The notes beneath the pieces were generated by a model, which was not told where the DNA came from, did not search any database, and was given only the letters and a program-made list of their open reading frames with translations. Both the position numbers and the translations under genes were made by a program. Positions 1 through 6,363 of a stretch of 9,885 bases of DNA are shown here, piece by piece. Positions within the stretch are counted from its first letter, which is position 1. Each line of letters starts with the position of its first letter. The DNA comes from a virus. Taxonomy: Duplodnaviria; Heunggongvirae; Uroviricota; Caudoviricetes. The stretch is from IMG/VR virus record IMGVR_UViG_2534681835_000035; one strand, written 5' to 3'.

Positions 1-348
1 GCCTGCGGCAACGGCTTTCCGGCTGATGGTCGTACGGACCTTTTTACCCCGGAGAACACCGGCAAGTCCCATAACCGCCATGAGACGTGCCACTGTACAT
101 CTGGCCACCCTGATTCCTTCCCGTAACAACTGACGCCAGACTTTACGCACACCGTACACCTGATGATTTTCATCGTATACGCGCTGTATCTCTCTCTTCA
201 GCCAGTCGTCGTGCTGCGCACGGGCACTGCGTTTATCCGGATGATGTCGCTGTTGCTGACAATGGTAATACGTTGACGGGGCAATATGCAGTTCGCTGCA
301 TACCGGTCCGACCCCGTACTGCTCACGCAGCTTATCCAGCAGTGGCAT
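1..348 (-). CDS. IS3-family transposase OrfB (DDE catalytic subunit), N-terminal part only; 3' end outside window
   Basis: The ATG at 348..346 overlaps the orfA stop (ATGA). Translation [16 protein letters not shown]... continues to position 1 as ...GVLRGKKVRTTISRKAVAAG with no stop, in the -1 frame relative to orfA as expected for IS3-family OrfAB frameshifting. Confidence 0.85.
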   Translation of the reverse strand, partial: MPLLDKLREQYGVGPVCSELHIAPSTYYHCQQQRHHPDKRSARAQHDDWLKREIQRVYDENHQVYGVRKVWRQLLREGIRVARCTVARLMAVMGLAGVLRGKKVRTTISRKAVAAG

Positions 349-674
349 CATTTTTTCCAGAGGCGGTCGAACTCCGCCTTCGCAAAATAAGCGGAAGCCT
401 GGCGAAGGATATCGTTACTGCGGCGCAGTTCACGATTTTCACGTTCCAGCTCTTTCAGACGCTGACGTTCAGCGCTGGTGAGCCCACCATCACCGCCCCC
501 GGTATCCCGCTCATGCTGGCGAACCCAGACACGCAGAGTCTCCGGCGTACAGCCAATCTTTGGGGCAATGGAACAAATTGCCGCCCACTGTGAGTCATAT
601 TCATCCTGACTTTCCAGAACCATACGAATCGCCCGCTGACGGACTTCGGGGGAAAAACGAGTATTTTTAGTCAT
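348..674 (-). CDS. IS3-family transposase OrfA (HTH and leucine-zipper subunit)
   Basis: 108-aa [60 protein letters not shown]...[36 protein letters not shown], recognised as IS629/IS1203-type OrfA. An A-rich slippery run (CTG GAA AAA ATG A) sits at its 3' end, overlapping the orfB ATG. Confidence 0.9.
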   Translation of the reverse strand: MTKNTRFSPEVRQRAIRMVLESQDEYDSQWAAICSIAPKIGCTPETLRVWVRQHERDTGGGDGGLTSAERQRLKELERENRELRRSNDILRQASAYFAKAEFDRLWKK

Positions 675-699
675 CCTGTTTACCTCTTTCTCAGGGAGT

Positions 700-1155
700 T
701 TAGTCTCCAGGATTTCCGGGGCGGTTCAGTTCAGCCATTTTGCGCTTAGTCATCCCCCGCCCCACATAACGCTGACTCAGAACATTGAGCAGCCCGGGAT
801 AACCTGCCAGTACTTCACCAATAACCCTGTCGATTATTAACGCCTCTGAATCGGTACAATGTGCCAGCCAGCTTTTTTGATTGCCGTTGATCATATCCCG
901 CAAAAAAGCCTCAAGTTCAGGTTTGTCCAGACCCGCTTTTTTCATCCTCCGGAGCGCCTCGTTAATTGCCGTTTTTGTCAGCTTTTTAGAGGTCAGTAAT
1001 TGGTTGAACATATTTCCCGTCTTACCGTCGCCAATATACGACCAACGCCCCCACATACGCAGTTTCCCCTGGATCCAGACACTTTCCAGCGTTTTCAGGC
1101 GTAAATGCTCACCGCTTTTGCCTGTAATTTCCGGGTATATCATATTTATGCTCAC
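700..1155 (-). CDS. Putative late-gene antiterminator (Q-like), 3' end disrupted by the IS insertion (last ~9 codons and the stop are IS-derived)
   Basis: 151-aa ORF directly downstream of rusA with an ATGA start/stop overlap, which is the position Q occupies in lambdoid phages. The reading frame crosses the IS terminus at 728/729, so the tail ...LNRPGNPGD and the stop are encoded by the IS inverted repeat. The Q assignment is by position and loose resemblance only, not by a recognised motif. Confidence 0.5.
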   Translation of the reverse strand: MSINMIYPEITGKSGEHLRLKTLESVWIQGKLRMWGRWSYIGDGKTGNMFNQLLTSKKLTKTAINEALRRMKKAGLDKPELEAFLRDMINGNQKSWLAHCTDSEALIIDRVIGEVLAGYPGLLNVLSQRYVGRGMTKRKMAELNRPGNPGD

Positions 1156-1511
1156 TCACTTTCAATTTTGTAAATCTTCACGCCCAGCCGCCCACCAGAA
1201 ACGAGCTGGCCGCGCACAATATTGATTTCATCAAACTGCTCGTCGTCTATGAGAAGTCCGGCATGCGTCAGCGCATCCAGTGGTGCTTTCAGGATATTGT
1301 CCAGGTCACGACGGCGCTTATCCGGTGGCTCTGCAATAATCTTTATCGCCAGCCTTCCGGACAGGTTTAATTTCAGCCGCTGCTGGCGAACAATAAGTGC
1401 CACATCCCGGCGATAACGCTCACCGGCTTTTGATACAAAATATGTGCTGCCACGACGTCGCCAGTAGGTGTTCACCGTCGGCGGGTAAGGCAAAACAAAC
1501 TCTATACGCAT
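1152..1511 (-). CDS. rusA: RusA-family Holliday junction resolvase (crossover junction endodeoxyribonuclease)
   Basis: 119 aa, MRIEFVLPYPPTVNTYWRRRG...PDKRRRDLDNILKAPLDALTHAGLLIDDEQF, matches the E. coli RusA pattern (PWPPS.N.YYR ... PDRRRRDLDN..KA..DALT.AG...DD.Q). Sits in the usual nin-region position upstream of Q. Confidence 0.9.
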   Translation of the reverse strand: MRIEFVLPYPPTVNTYWRRRGSTYFVSKAGERYRRDVALIVRQQRLKLNLSGRLAIKIIAEPPDKRRRDLDNILKAPLDALTHAGLLIDDEQFDEINIVRGQLVSGGRLGVKIYKIESE

Positions 1512-1523
1512 CAGTAACCTCTT

Positions 1524-2627
1524 TTACCCGAGCACGCCGGTTGCAAAGGCGTGATCAAGAAAACGAAAAATTAAATCAACCTGGGAACCATGCTTTTCTT
1601 CGAACGCCAGCGGATCCGCATGAAGCTCGTTGTGATGCTCCCGACACAGCGGTAGCGTGAAAATATCGTGGGATTTTGTTCCCATTCCGCCCTGACCATG
1701 ACCAATCAGATGATGAGGATCGTCCGCTGGCTTACCACAACACGCACACGGCTGTGTCTTTACCCAGCGTGTGTATTTCTCATTTACCCAGCGGCGACGT
1801 TTAGGTCGTTTCATGAAGGATTCCGGAGACTCCGGATCAACGGCAATGCTGACCACCGTCTTTTCCTGTGGTGGGTTCTGTTGCTGGTGGGTGTGAGGCG
1901 GTAGCGCAATATTTTTTGTGCGCTGCTTCAGTATGCTGGTGGCGGTCTGTTCTCCCGGTATGATGTCGCTTTCACGGTATACGGAGCGGATTTTTTCCGC
2001 CGGTAATCCCAGAGAGCGACGCGATACTGCCTCAGGTAATGCGTCCACCACCTGATTGCAGACTGCCCACCAGGATAATTCAGCCAGCGATAATTCCCGC
2101 TCCTGCGTGCCATTCATTACATGGCGTATGACGTCAATCATCCAGGCTGTCAGATTTTGTTGAGTAAGTTGCTCAAGTGATTCGGAGGTCTGGTCGCGCA
2201 GCTGGTTGTCGCAGTGCCAGCACAACACCATTGCGCCAGCACCGTAACTGTGAATAACGGTTTCGCTGTGATGATAATCGCCGTGTGGCCACTGGCAGGA
2301 TTTCACGTGACGTAATAACCAGTCAGACAGTGCACCAGCGCCGCCAGCTGCACGAATCACCCGCTCATCGCTGAAAAATGGCAGCAGTGATTTATCTTCC
2401 GCCAGCGGCTGGCGAACAGCAGGAACCGCTCCAGATGGCAGCGCCCGCATGTTTTTCGGTTCCGGCTCCACCAGCACCCTGCCGCGATGAAAAACTGGCA
2501 ATGATTCACGACCGGGCTTAAGGACCACCAGCCCGAGTTCCGGAACCAGAACAGGTCGAAGTAATACCCGCACATTACCTCCAGACGCGCTGACGGTAGC
2601 AGGCATGTGTCCGTGGCAGATGTGCAC
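1524..2627 (-). CDS. YdfU-like (DUF968-like) prophage protein with a C-terminal Cys/His-rich, HNH-like putative metal-binding motif; start codon uncertain
   Basis: 367-codon ORF from GTG 2627 (alternative ATG at 2606). C-terminal segment KTQPCACCGKPADDPHHLIGHGQGGMGTKSHDIFTLPLCREHHNELH has paired Cys and His residues. The gene sits 12 nt upstream of rusA, the same neighbourhood ydfU has next to Q in the Qin prophage. The DUF968 assignment is from memory. Confidence 0.65.
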   Translation of the reverse strand: MHICHGHMPATVSASGGNVRVLLRPVLVPELGLVVLKPGRESLPVFHRGRVLVEPEPKNMRALPSGAVPAVRQPLAEDKSLLPFFSDERVIRAAGGAGALSDWLLRHVKSCQWPHGDYHHSETVIHSYGAGAMVLCWHCDNQLRDQTSESLEQLTQQNLTAWMIDVIRHVMNGTQERELSLAELSWWAVCNQVVDALPEAVSRRSLGLPAEKIRSVYRESDIIPGEQTATSILKQRTKNIALPPHTHQQQNPPQEKTVVSIAVDPESPESFMKRPKRRRWVNEKYTRWVKTQPCACCGKPADDPHHLIGHGQGGMGTKSHDIFTLPLCREHHNELHADPLAFEEKHGSQVDLIFRFLDHAFATGVLG

Positions 2628-2847
2628 GAACAGGAAGATATACAGAAACGGTCCAGGTCAGACGATCAGCGTTCAGACTCCGCTCCACACGGACACCGCG
2701 ACGCAGATACGCCTCTTGAAGCATATCTGCCTCATCGATCGTACAGAACAGATAGTGAAACCAGCCATACTGAGGCGCACGAAAACGCCTCCCCTGCTTA
2801 ATTTCCGGGTCGGCTTCAGAATTGTGGGATTTTATGTGTTGTGTCAT
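2575..2847 (-). CDS. Hypothetical 90-aa protein overlapping the 5' end of the YdfU-like ORF by 53 nt in a different frame
   Basis: ATG at 2847 with a GGAG Shine-Dalgarno 6 nt upstream. The first ~60 residues look protein-like (MTQHIKSHNSEADPEIKQGRRFRAPQYGWFHYLFCTIDEADMLQEAYLRRG...); the last ~25 residues look like an out-of-frame readthrough. It occupies the position of rem in Qin, but no sequence match is claimed. Confidence 0.45.
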   Translation of the reverse strand: MTQHIKSHNSEADPEIKQGRRFRAPQYGWFHYLFCTIDEADMLQEAYLRRGVRVERSLNADRLTWTVSVYLPVRAHLPRTHACYRQRVWR

Positions 2848-2921
2848 CGGATTCTCCGGTGACAGCAGGTGTCAGTTGTTCAGGCTGACTGCGCGAATTG
2901 TAAGGCAATACGCCGGAATGT

Positions 2922-2950
2922 ACAAACAGAAAACCCGTCAGTAAGACGGG
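2922..2950 (-). terminator. Rho-independent terminator downstream of the YgiW-like gene
   Basis: On the minus strand a CCCGTC-TTACT-GACGGG hairpin (plus 2934..2950) is followed by TTTTCTGTTTGT, about 20 nt after the TAA stop at 2969. Confidence 0.55.
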
Positions 2951-2968
2951 CTTAACAAGCAGGGGCGG

Positions 2969-3313
2969 TTACTTTAATAATTTCAGTGCCTTTACATCAA
3001 CTTCAACACTGCTCAGGTCTTTATCAATTTCACCCTCAATTCTTACTTTGTCTTTCGGAGAAACATTCTGCCCGGCCCATACGCTGTCATCAATATCCGT
3101 GACAATTGTCCCGCTATTGTCACGAAACTCATAACGTTCATCACCCACTTTTTTAACGATGCTCCCTTCAAGGATAACCCATGCATCATCCTTCAGTTCT
3201 TTTGCCTGCGCTACTGTTGAACGCTCTGCTTCTGGCCCCTGGAAACCACCCTGCTGTGCAAAAGCGCCAAAAGACACACCGGAAATAAGTGCTGCAATCA
3301 ATACCTTTTTCAT
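2969..3313 (-). CDS. YgiW/YdeI (BOF) family periplasmic OB-fold protein with signal peptide
   Basis: 114 aa, MKKVLIAALISGVSFGAFA-QQGGFQGP..., with a signal peptide and AFA-QQ cleavage site, and the family pattern GGFQGP...W..L.G.IV......Y.F.D.SGTI..DID...W.G..V.PKD.V.I.GE.DKD..SVE.DVK. AGAGGA Shine-Dalgarno 7 nt before the ATG. Confidence 0.85.
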   Translation of the reverse strand: MKKVLIAALISGVSFGAFAQQGGFQGPEAERSTVAQAKELKDDAWVILEGSIVKKVGDERYEFRDNSGTIVTDIDDSVWAGQNVSPKDKVRIEGEIDKDLSSVEVDVKALKLLK

Positions 3314-3432
3314 TCATAGTCCTCTTTCAGAGATGAACATTCAAACAGCATTTTCAGTATGGTAAAGCGCGGGTGCGTTGAGGATGCCTGACACATCAGA
3401 GGTGGCGGGAGATTACTCCCCCGCCTGGTCTC

Positions 3433-3588
3433 TTACTTCTCAGATTCGTAGTCTACGAAGACAGCGACCTCCGTCTGACCGGTTCGGATTCGCACCTCGC
3501 AGAGGTCTTTCCTCGTTACCAGTGCCGTCACTATGACGGTTAAACAGATGACGATCAGGGCGATTAACATCGCCTTTTGCTGCTTCAT
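3433..3588 (-). CDS. hokD: Hok/Gef-family type I toxin (HokD/RelF-like small membrane peptide)
   Basis: 51 aa, MKQQKAMLIALIVICLTVIVTALVTRKDLCEVRIRTGQTEVAVFVDYESEK, near-identical to my recollection of RelF/HokD and carrying the Hok signature (LT/VTRK.LCE..IR.G..EVA.F..YES). AAGGAG Shine-Dalgarno 9 nt upstream of ATG 3588. The ORF track extends the same frame to an upstream ATG at 3645. Confidence 0.85.
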   Translation of the reverse strand: MKQQKAMLIALIVICLTVIVTALVTRKDLCEVRIRTGQTEVAVFVDYESEK

Positions 3589-3878
3589 AGCCTGCTTCTC
3601 CTTGCCTTTCGGCACGTAAGAGGCTAACCTACATGTGTTCAGCATGGATTGAGCCTCAGATTAATGTTAAGCGTCTTGCAGGACGCGTAATGTTAACTGG
3701 GGCTTTTCTCTATCTGCCGTTGGTGTTCATGCCCGAGGCAGATAGCCTCAAGCACCCGCTGCAATTCTACTTAACTATCCTTTTCCCGCAAACCGTTTTT
3801 ATCCCCAGCGGCAAATCGAATACTCCACCAGCGCCACCGCCATCGCAATTCCTACCGTTGTGAATGCTTCAGGCCAGG
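3589..3878 (-). promoter_or_regulatory. Long hok leader: candidate promoter, upstream in-frame mok-like start, and likely site of an antisense Sok-like RNA on the plus strand
   Basis: 290 bp separate the upstream gene from hok. Candidate minus-strand promoter TTGCGG-N16-TAGAAT (plus 3791..3764). Stable inverted repeats in the leader (TATCTGCC 3711..3718 with GGCAGATA 3737..3744; GCGTC 3671..3675 with GACGC 3682..3686) and an imperfect hairpin just 3' of hok (3404..3425). By analogy with hok/sok loci, an antisense RNA would be transcribed rightward from about 3600..3700, but its ends are not determined. Confidence 0.35.
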
Positions 3879-4436
3879 TCATTGATTCACCTCCTGCGGC
3901 GGTTCTGGTAGCGACATCCAGTGGGTTGCTTGCCTAAGATCATTACCCGGACTAACTGCTATACCTCCGCGCCGGAACGTGCCTCCGAGATAGCGTGCGG
4001 AATATATTAATGGCCCAGCCTCGCTATCGATATTCATCGAAATAAGCACGTTCTGGCTCTTTTCAGGCATTCGCTCAGTACAGCTTATCCAGCCATCCAG
4101 AGTTATCGGAGATCTGGTTGACGTTTCCGAGATTTCCCGAAAATTGTTGGTTGACGAATTCTTATTTTCCCGAAAGTTTCCGGCCTGAAGCATGGCGACG
4201 CGGCAGGCGTTCCAGCCATCAGCATATGTTTTAGTTACACCGTCGAGATGGCAGGTAAGCAAATCCATTTCATCAGGCACTACCATTGCTATCGGCTCTG
4301 CTTCCAGTGATGCCAGCGCGATACGAAACACATTAGCCAGCAGGCTGTCTGAAGACTTGTTATCGTGCGCCGAGTCGCTCAGGAAGCCTGTGATGTATGA
4401 TTTAATCTCCGCGCGTTCTCTGGTAATAGTGCTCAT
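3879..4436 (-). CDS. DUF551-domain prophage protein
   Basis: 185 aa; C-terminal GWISCTERMPEKSQNVLI...YSARYLGG...THWMSLPEPP matches the DUF551 signature as I recall it (W...ERLPE ... THWMPLPEPP). AAGGA Shine-Dalgarno 9 nt upstream; start is 1 nt from the preceding gene's stop. Confidence 0.8.
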   Translation of the reverse strand: MSTITRERAEIKSYITGFLSDSAHDNKSSDSLLANVFRIALASLEAEPIAMVVPDEMDLLTCHLDGVTKTYADGWNACRVAMLQAGNFRENKNSSTNNFREISETSTRSPITLDGWISCTERMPEKSQNVLISMNIDSEAGPLIYSARYLGGTFRRGGIAVSPGNDLRQATHWMSLPEPPQEVNQ

Positions 4437-4437
4437 A

Positions 4438-4656
4438 TCAGTTTTCCTTATACGGATTAATTTTATTGTGCAGTGCGCTGAATGATTCCCATGTCACATC
4501 GGTATATAGCTCAATAACTGGTTCAAATGTCCTTCCAATTATCCAGACCAGTAATAGCGGGGATATCGGTATCATCAACACTATAAACAGAATGAAAAAC
4601 AGAAACTCTGTTGTTCTGCTCTTTCGTGGGTAATTTTTTTCTAAATAATGTTTCAT
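4438..4656 (-). CDS. Small hypothetical membrane protein (one predicted transmembrane helix) in an AT-rich patch
   Basis: 72 aa with hydrophobic core FLFFILFIVLMIPISPLLLVWIIG. Tightly coupled to the DUF551 gene. The ATG is preceded by AGGAGG, then a CCGCCC-GAAA-GGGCGG hairpin, then 6 nt. Confidence 0.55.
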   Translation of the reverse strand: MKHYLEKNYPRKSRTTEFLFFILFIVLMIPISPLLLVWIIGRTFEPVIELYTDVTWESFSALHNKINPYKEN

Positions 4657-4662
4657 TTCTTA

Positions 4663-4684
4663 CCGCCCTTTCGGGCGGCCTCCT
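4663..4684 (-). other. Shine-Dalgarno, stable hairpin, start codon arrangement in the 5' UTR of the small membrane-protein gene
   Basis: Minus strand: AGGAGG (4684..4679), perfect 6-bp stem with GAAA loop (4678..4663), UAAGAA, AUG (4656). The unfolded SD-to-AUG spacing is about 22 nt and becomes about 6 nt if the hairpin forms. Confidence 0.35.
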
Positions 4685-4783
4685 GATGTTCTGAGGGTGC
4701 AGGAATCCCTCCGGTTAAGGATTTAATAAAAATCGTTTCTGATTTAAATCTTCAGTATTTAGTTGTTAGTTGGTTTATCGCCT

Positions 4784-5095
4784 TTATGCTTCAGCCTTAT
4801 TTCGCAACCAGACACAAACCGGGCCATCTTCCGTATCATGAATGGAACCAATAAACCAGCCATCGCCCTCTGGTCGTTCCGGTTCCCATGCAGAAATATC
4901 AGCATCACACGCATCAAGGTCAGCACATCCTTCATCTCTGAAGCAGAGGACGTATTGAAGATTATTTTCCTCCATCCAGGCGTTAAACTCTTCCGTTGAA
5001 ATATATTCCCGACCATCACAGAATTTTTCATATTCAGGATGTGTCCAGTAGCCATATCCGTCACGAACTACCGGCATTTCTTTAATTTTACTCAC
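4784..5095 (-). CDS. Hypothetical small, strongly acidic protein
   Basis: 103 aa with about 24 Asp/Glu against 9 Lys/Arg by my count (DEGCADLDACDADISAWEPERPEGDGW...). GTG start at 5095 with AGGAGG 6 nt upstream, overlapping the previous gene's stop (GTGAGTAA). Confidence 0.6.
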   Translation of the reverse strand: MSKIKEMPVVRDGYGYWTHPEYEKFCDGREYISTEEFNAWMEENNLQYVLCFRDEGCADLDACDADISAWEPERPEGDGWFIGSIHDTEDGPVCVWLRNKAEA

Positions 5096-5315
5096 TGTTA
5101 ACCTCCTGCAACGCTACACGATACGCCTTCTTTATCCACGCCTTACTGCCATATAATTTCGTCTTCATAATAAACACACCTGCACGACTCGCCGATATCC
5201 CCGGACAGGTTAACAGCACAGCATCCACCACACGGTTATGCTTCCGAAACTCCATTACAGTACTGCTGATAACCACCTGCCCCACCGGGCCGTAATCCTG
5301 ATACAGGATTTTCAC
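5088..5315 (-). CDS. Hypothetical 75-aa protein
   Basis: ORF translationally coupled to both neighbours (4-nt overlap upstream, 8-nt overlap downstream). No recognisable family. Confidence 0.5.
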   Translation of the reverse strand: MKILYQDYGPVGQVVISSTVMEFRKHNRVVDAVLLTCPGISASRAGVFIMKTKLYGSKAWIKKAYRVALQEVNSE

Positions 5316-5593
5316 GCAGACACCCTCCTGTCGAAATAAACGTAGTTATTCACTATGCGCAGCGGCATGCCTAATTTTCTGGCAATTTCCCTTCTTTGCA
5401 TGCCTCTCTGATGCAGTTGCCGCGCCAGCTCAATATCACGCTGAGAATATTTTGCCGACGGGTGAAAATCACCACGTAACATCATGCTGATGCCCAGCTC
5501 CCGTGCCTTCGTTCTCACTGCCGCTTCAGTTCGTCCGATAAGTGCGCCAACGCTTTTTACCTTCATCGTTCCCGCACACTGCCGGAGTATCAT
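5312..5593 (-). CDS. Hypothetical small protein with two helix-turn-helix-like segments; start uncertain
   Basis: ATG at 5593 (MILRQ...); alternatives are ATG 5566 and the ORF-track start 5716, which would overlap the upstream gene by 91 nt. HTH-like segments SVGALIGRTEAAVRTKARELGI and QRREIARKLGMPLRIVNNYV. Confidence 0.45.
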   Translation of the reverse strand: MILRQCAGTMKVKSVGALIGRTEAAVRTKARELGISMMLRGDFHPSAKYSQRDIELARQLHQRGMQRREIARKLGMPLRIVNNYVYFDRRVSA

Positions 5594-5625
5594 GATTTCC
5601 GCCCGGCACCACGTCTTCCACCCAC

Positions 5626-6360
5626 TCACCGCTGCTGTTCTCTGGTGGCGGTAATATCCCGGAGAATATCCCGGCACTTGTTCAGCTCCCGCAGCGCGGC
5701 GCAGACTCGCTCCCACTTCTGAACCTGACCTTTTGCCCGGCGCAGCTCGCGGTTAGCCACATGCAGCGATGGTAAAATCAGACCATCCGGATGCTTTCTG
5801 GTGAACGACGGCTGTGACTGCACTGTGACCGCCACACTTTCCGTTTTTATTTCTTCCTGTGTTTCCGCTTCCCCGACTGGTAACGCAACACCTGCTGGCT
5901 GAGGAAAGGCTTTACCATCCGTTTCCGCTATGGATGCGGCTTTCGGCTCTGCCGGTAAATCAGCGCCCGGTATGCAGTACCGAAATTTACCGCCCTGATT
6001 CACGCGAATCAGACGCCCTTTGCTGATTGCCATGGCCAGTGATGAATTCGCCCGGCGGGAGGTAATCCCGAACATCAGTGCCAGCTCATCCGCCGTTTGT
6101 GGGCCATGATGTTCAATCGCCTCAGTCAGCATTTGCGCTGTCACTTTCGGTACCGGTGACACTGGTTCACTTTCACCAGCCTGAATCAGCCACCACATCG
6201 AACCCTTGTTATCCGCTTCACCACGGCGCTTCAGTTTCCACAGTTCGTTGACAGCATCTTCGCGGCTGATTCCAAGGCGCGATGCCACTACCTGTGAAGA
6301 GGCTTTTTTCAGTGCTTTCAGTGCGTCAAATACAGTTTCCATTAAAACGTCCTCCAACAA
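5626..6360 (-). CDS. YdaW-like (DUF1627-like) prophage protein with two winged-helix-like repeats
   Basis: 244 aa, 3 nt downstream of the DnaC-like gene, as ydaW follows ydaV in Rac. Internal repeats [24 protein letters not shown] and [29 protein letters not shown]. Family name is from memory. Confidence 0.65.
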   Translation of the reverse strand: MLEDVLMETVFDALKALKKASSQVVASRLGISREDAVNELWKLKRRGEADNKGSMWWLIQAGESEPVSPVPKVTAQMLTEAIEHHGPQTADELALMFGITSRRANSSLAMAISKGRLIRVNQGGKFRYCIPGADLPAEPKAASIAETDGKAFPQPAGVALPVGEAETQEEIKTESVAVTVQSQPSFTRKHPDGLILPSLHVANRELRRAKGQVQKWERVCAALRELNKCRDILRDITATREQQR

Positions 6361-6363
6361 AAA

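Larger units (their letters stand above)
1..728 (-). mobile_element. Partial IS3-family insertion sequence (IS629/IS1203-like): terminal inverted repeat, orfA and the 5' part of orfB; the rest lies beyond the window start
   Basis: The minus strand reads TGAACCGCCCCGGAAATCCTGGAGACTAAACTCCCTGAGAAAGAGGTAAACAGG-ATG from position 728 downward, matching my recollection of the IS629 left end. OrfA is recognisable ([22 protein letters not shown]...), followed by orfB in the -1 frame ([16 protein letters not shown]...GVLRGKKVRTTISRKAVAAG running off position 1). The other IS end and any target-site duplication are outside the window. Confidence 0.85.

Noticed and set aside
273-2113. Plus-strand ORFs 273..593, 881..1225, 1222..1416, 1397..1660 and 1668..1904, and the minus-strand ORF 1928..2113
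   Set aside because: They lie antisense to, or in alternative frames of, clearly recognisable minus-strand genes (IS OrfA, Q-like, RusA, YdfU-like). They have no ribosome-binding sites or recognisable domains, so they are shadow ORFs.
2357-2575. 72-aa minus-strand ORF rich in Trp and Cys inside the YdfU-like gene
   Set aside because: Alternative frame of a longer, better-supported ORF; the composition is typical of out-of-frame translation.
2605-2862. Plus-strand ORFs 2605..2862 and 2607..2801
   Set aside because: Antisense to the 90-aa ORF and to the start of the YdfU-like gene; no support as genes.
3633-3863. 76-aa plus-strand ORF in the hok leader
   Set aside because: The region is more plausibly structured RNA (hok mRNA leader and antisense RNA). 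The ORF has no Shine-Dalgarno and a low-complexity Pro-rich tail.
4759-5064. 101-aa minus-strand ORF overlapping 4784..5095 in another frame, and plus-strand ORF 4763..4999
   Set aside because: The 4784..5095 frame has a strong AGGAGG-GTG start and is translationally coupled to its neighbour; the alternatives lack such signals.
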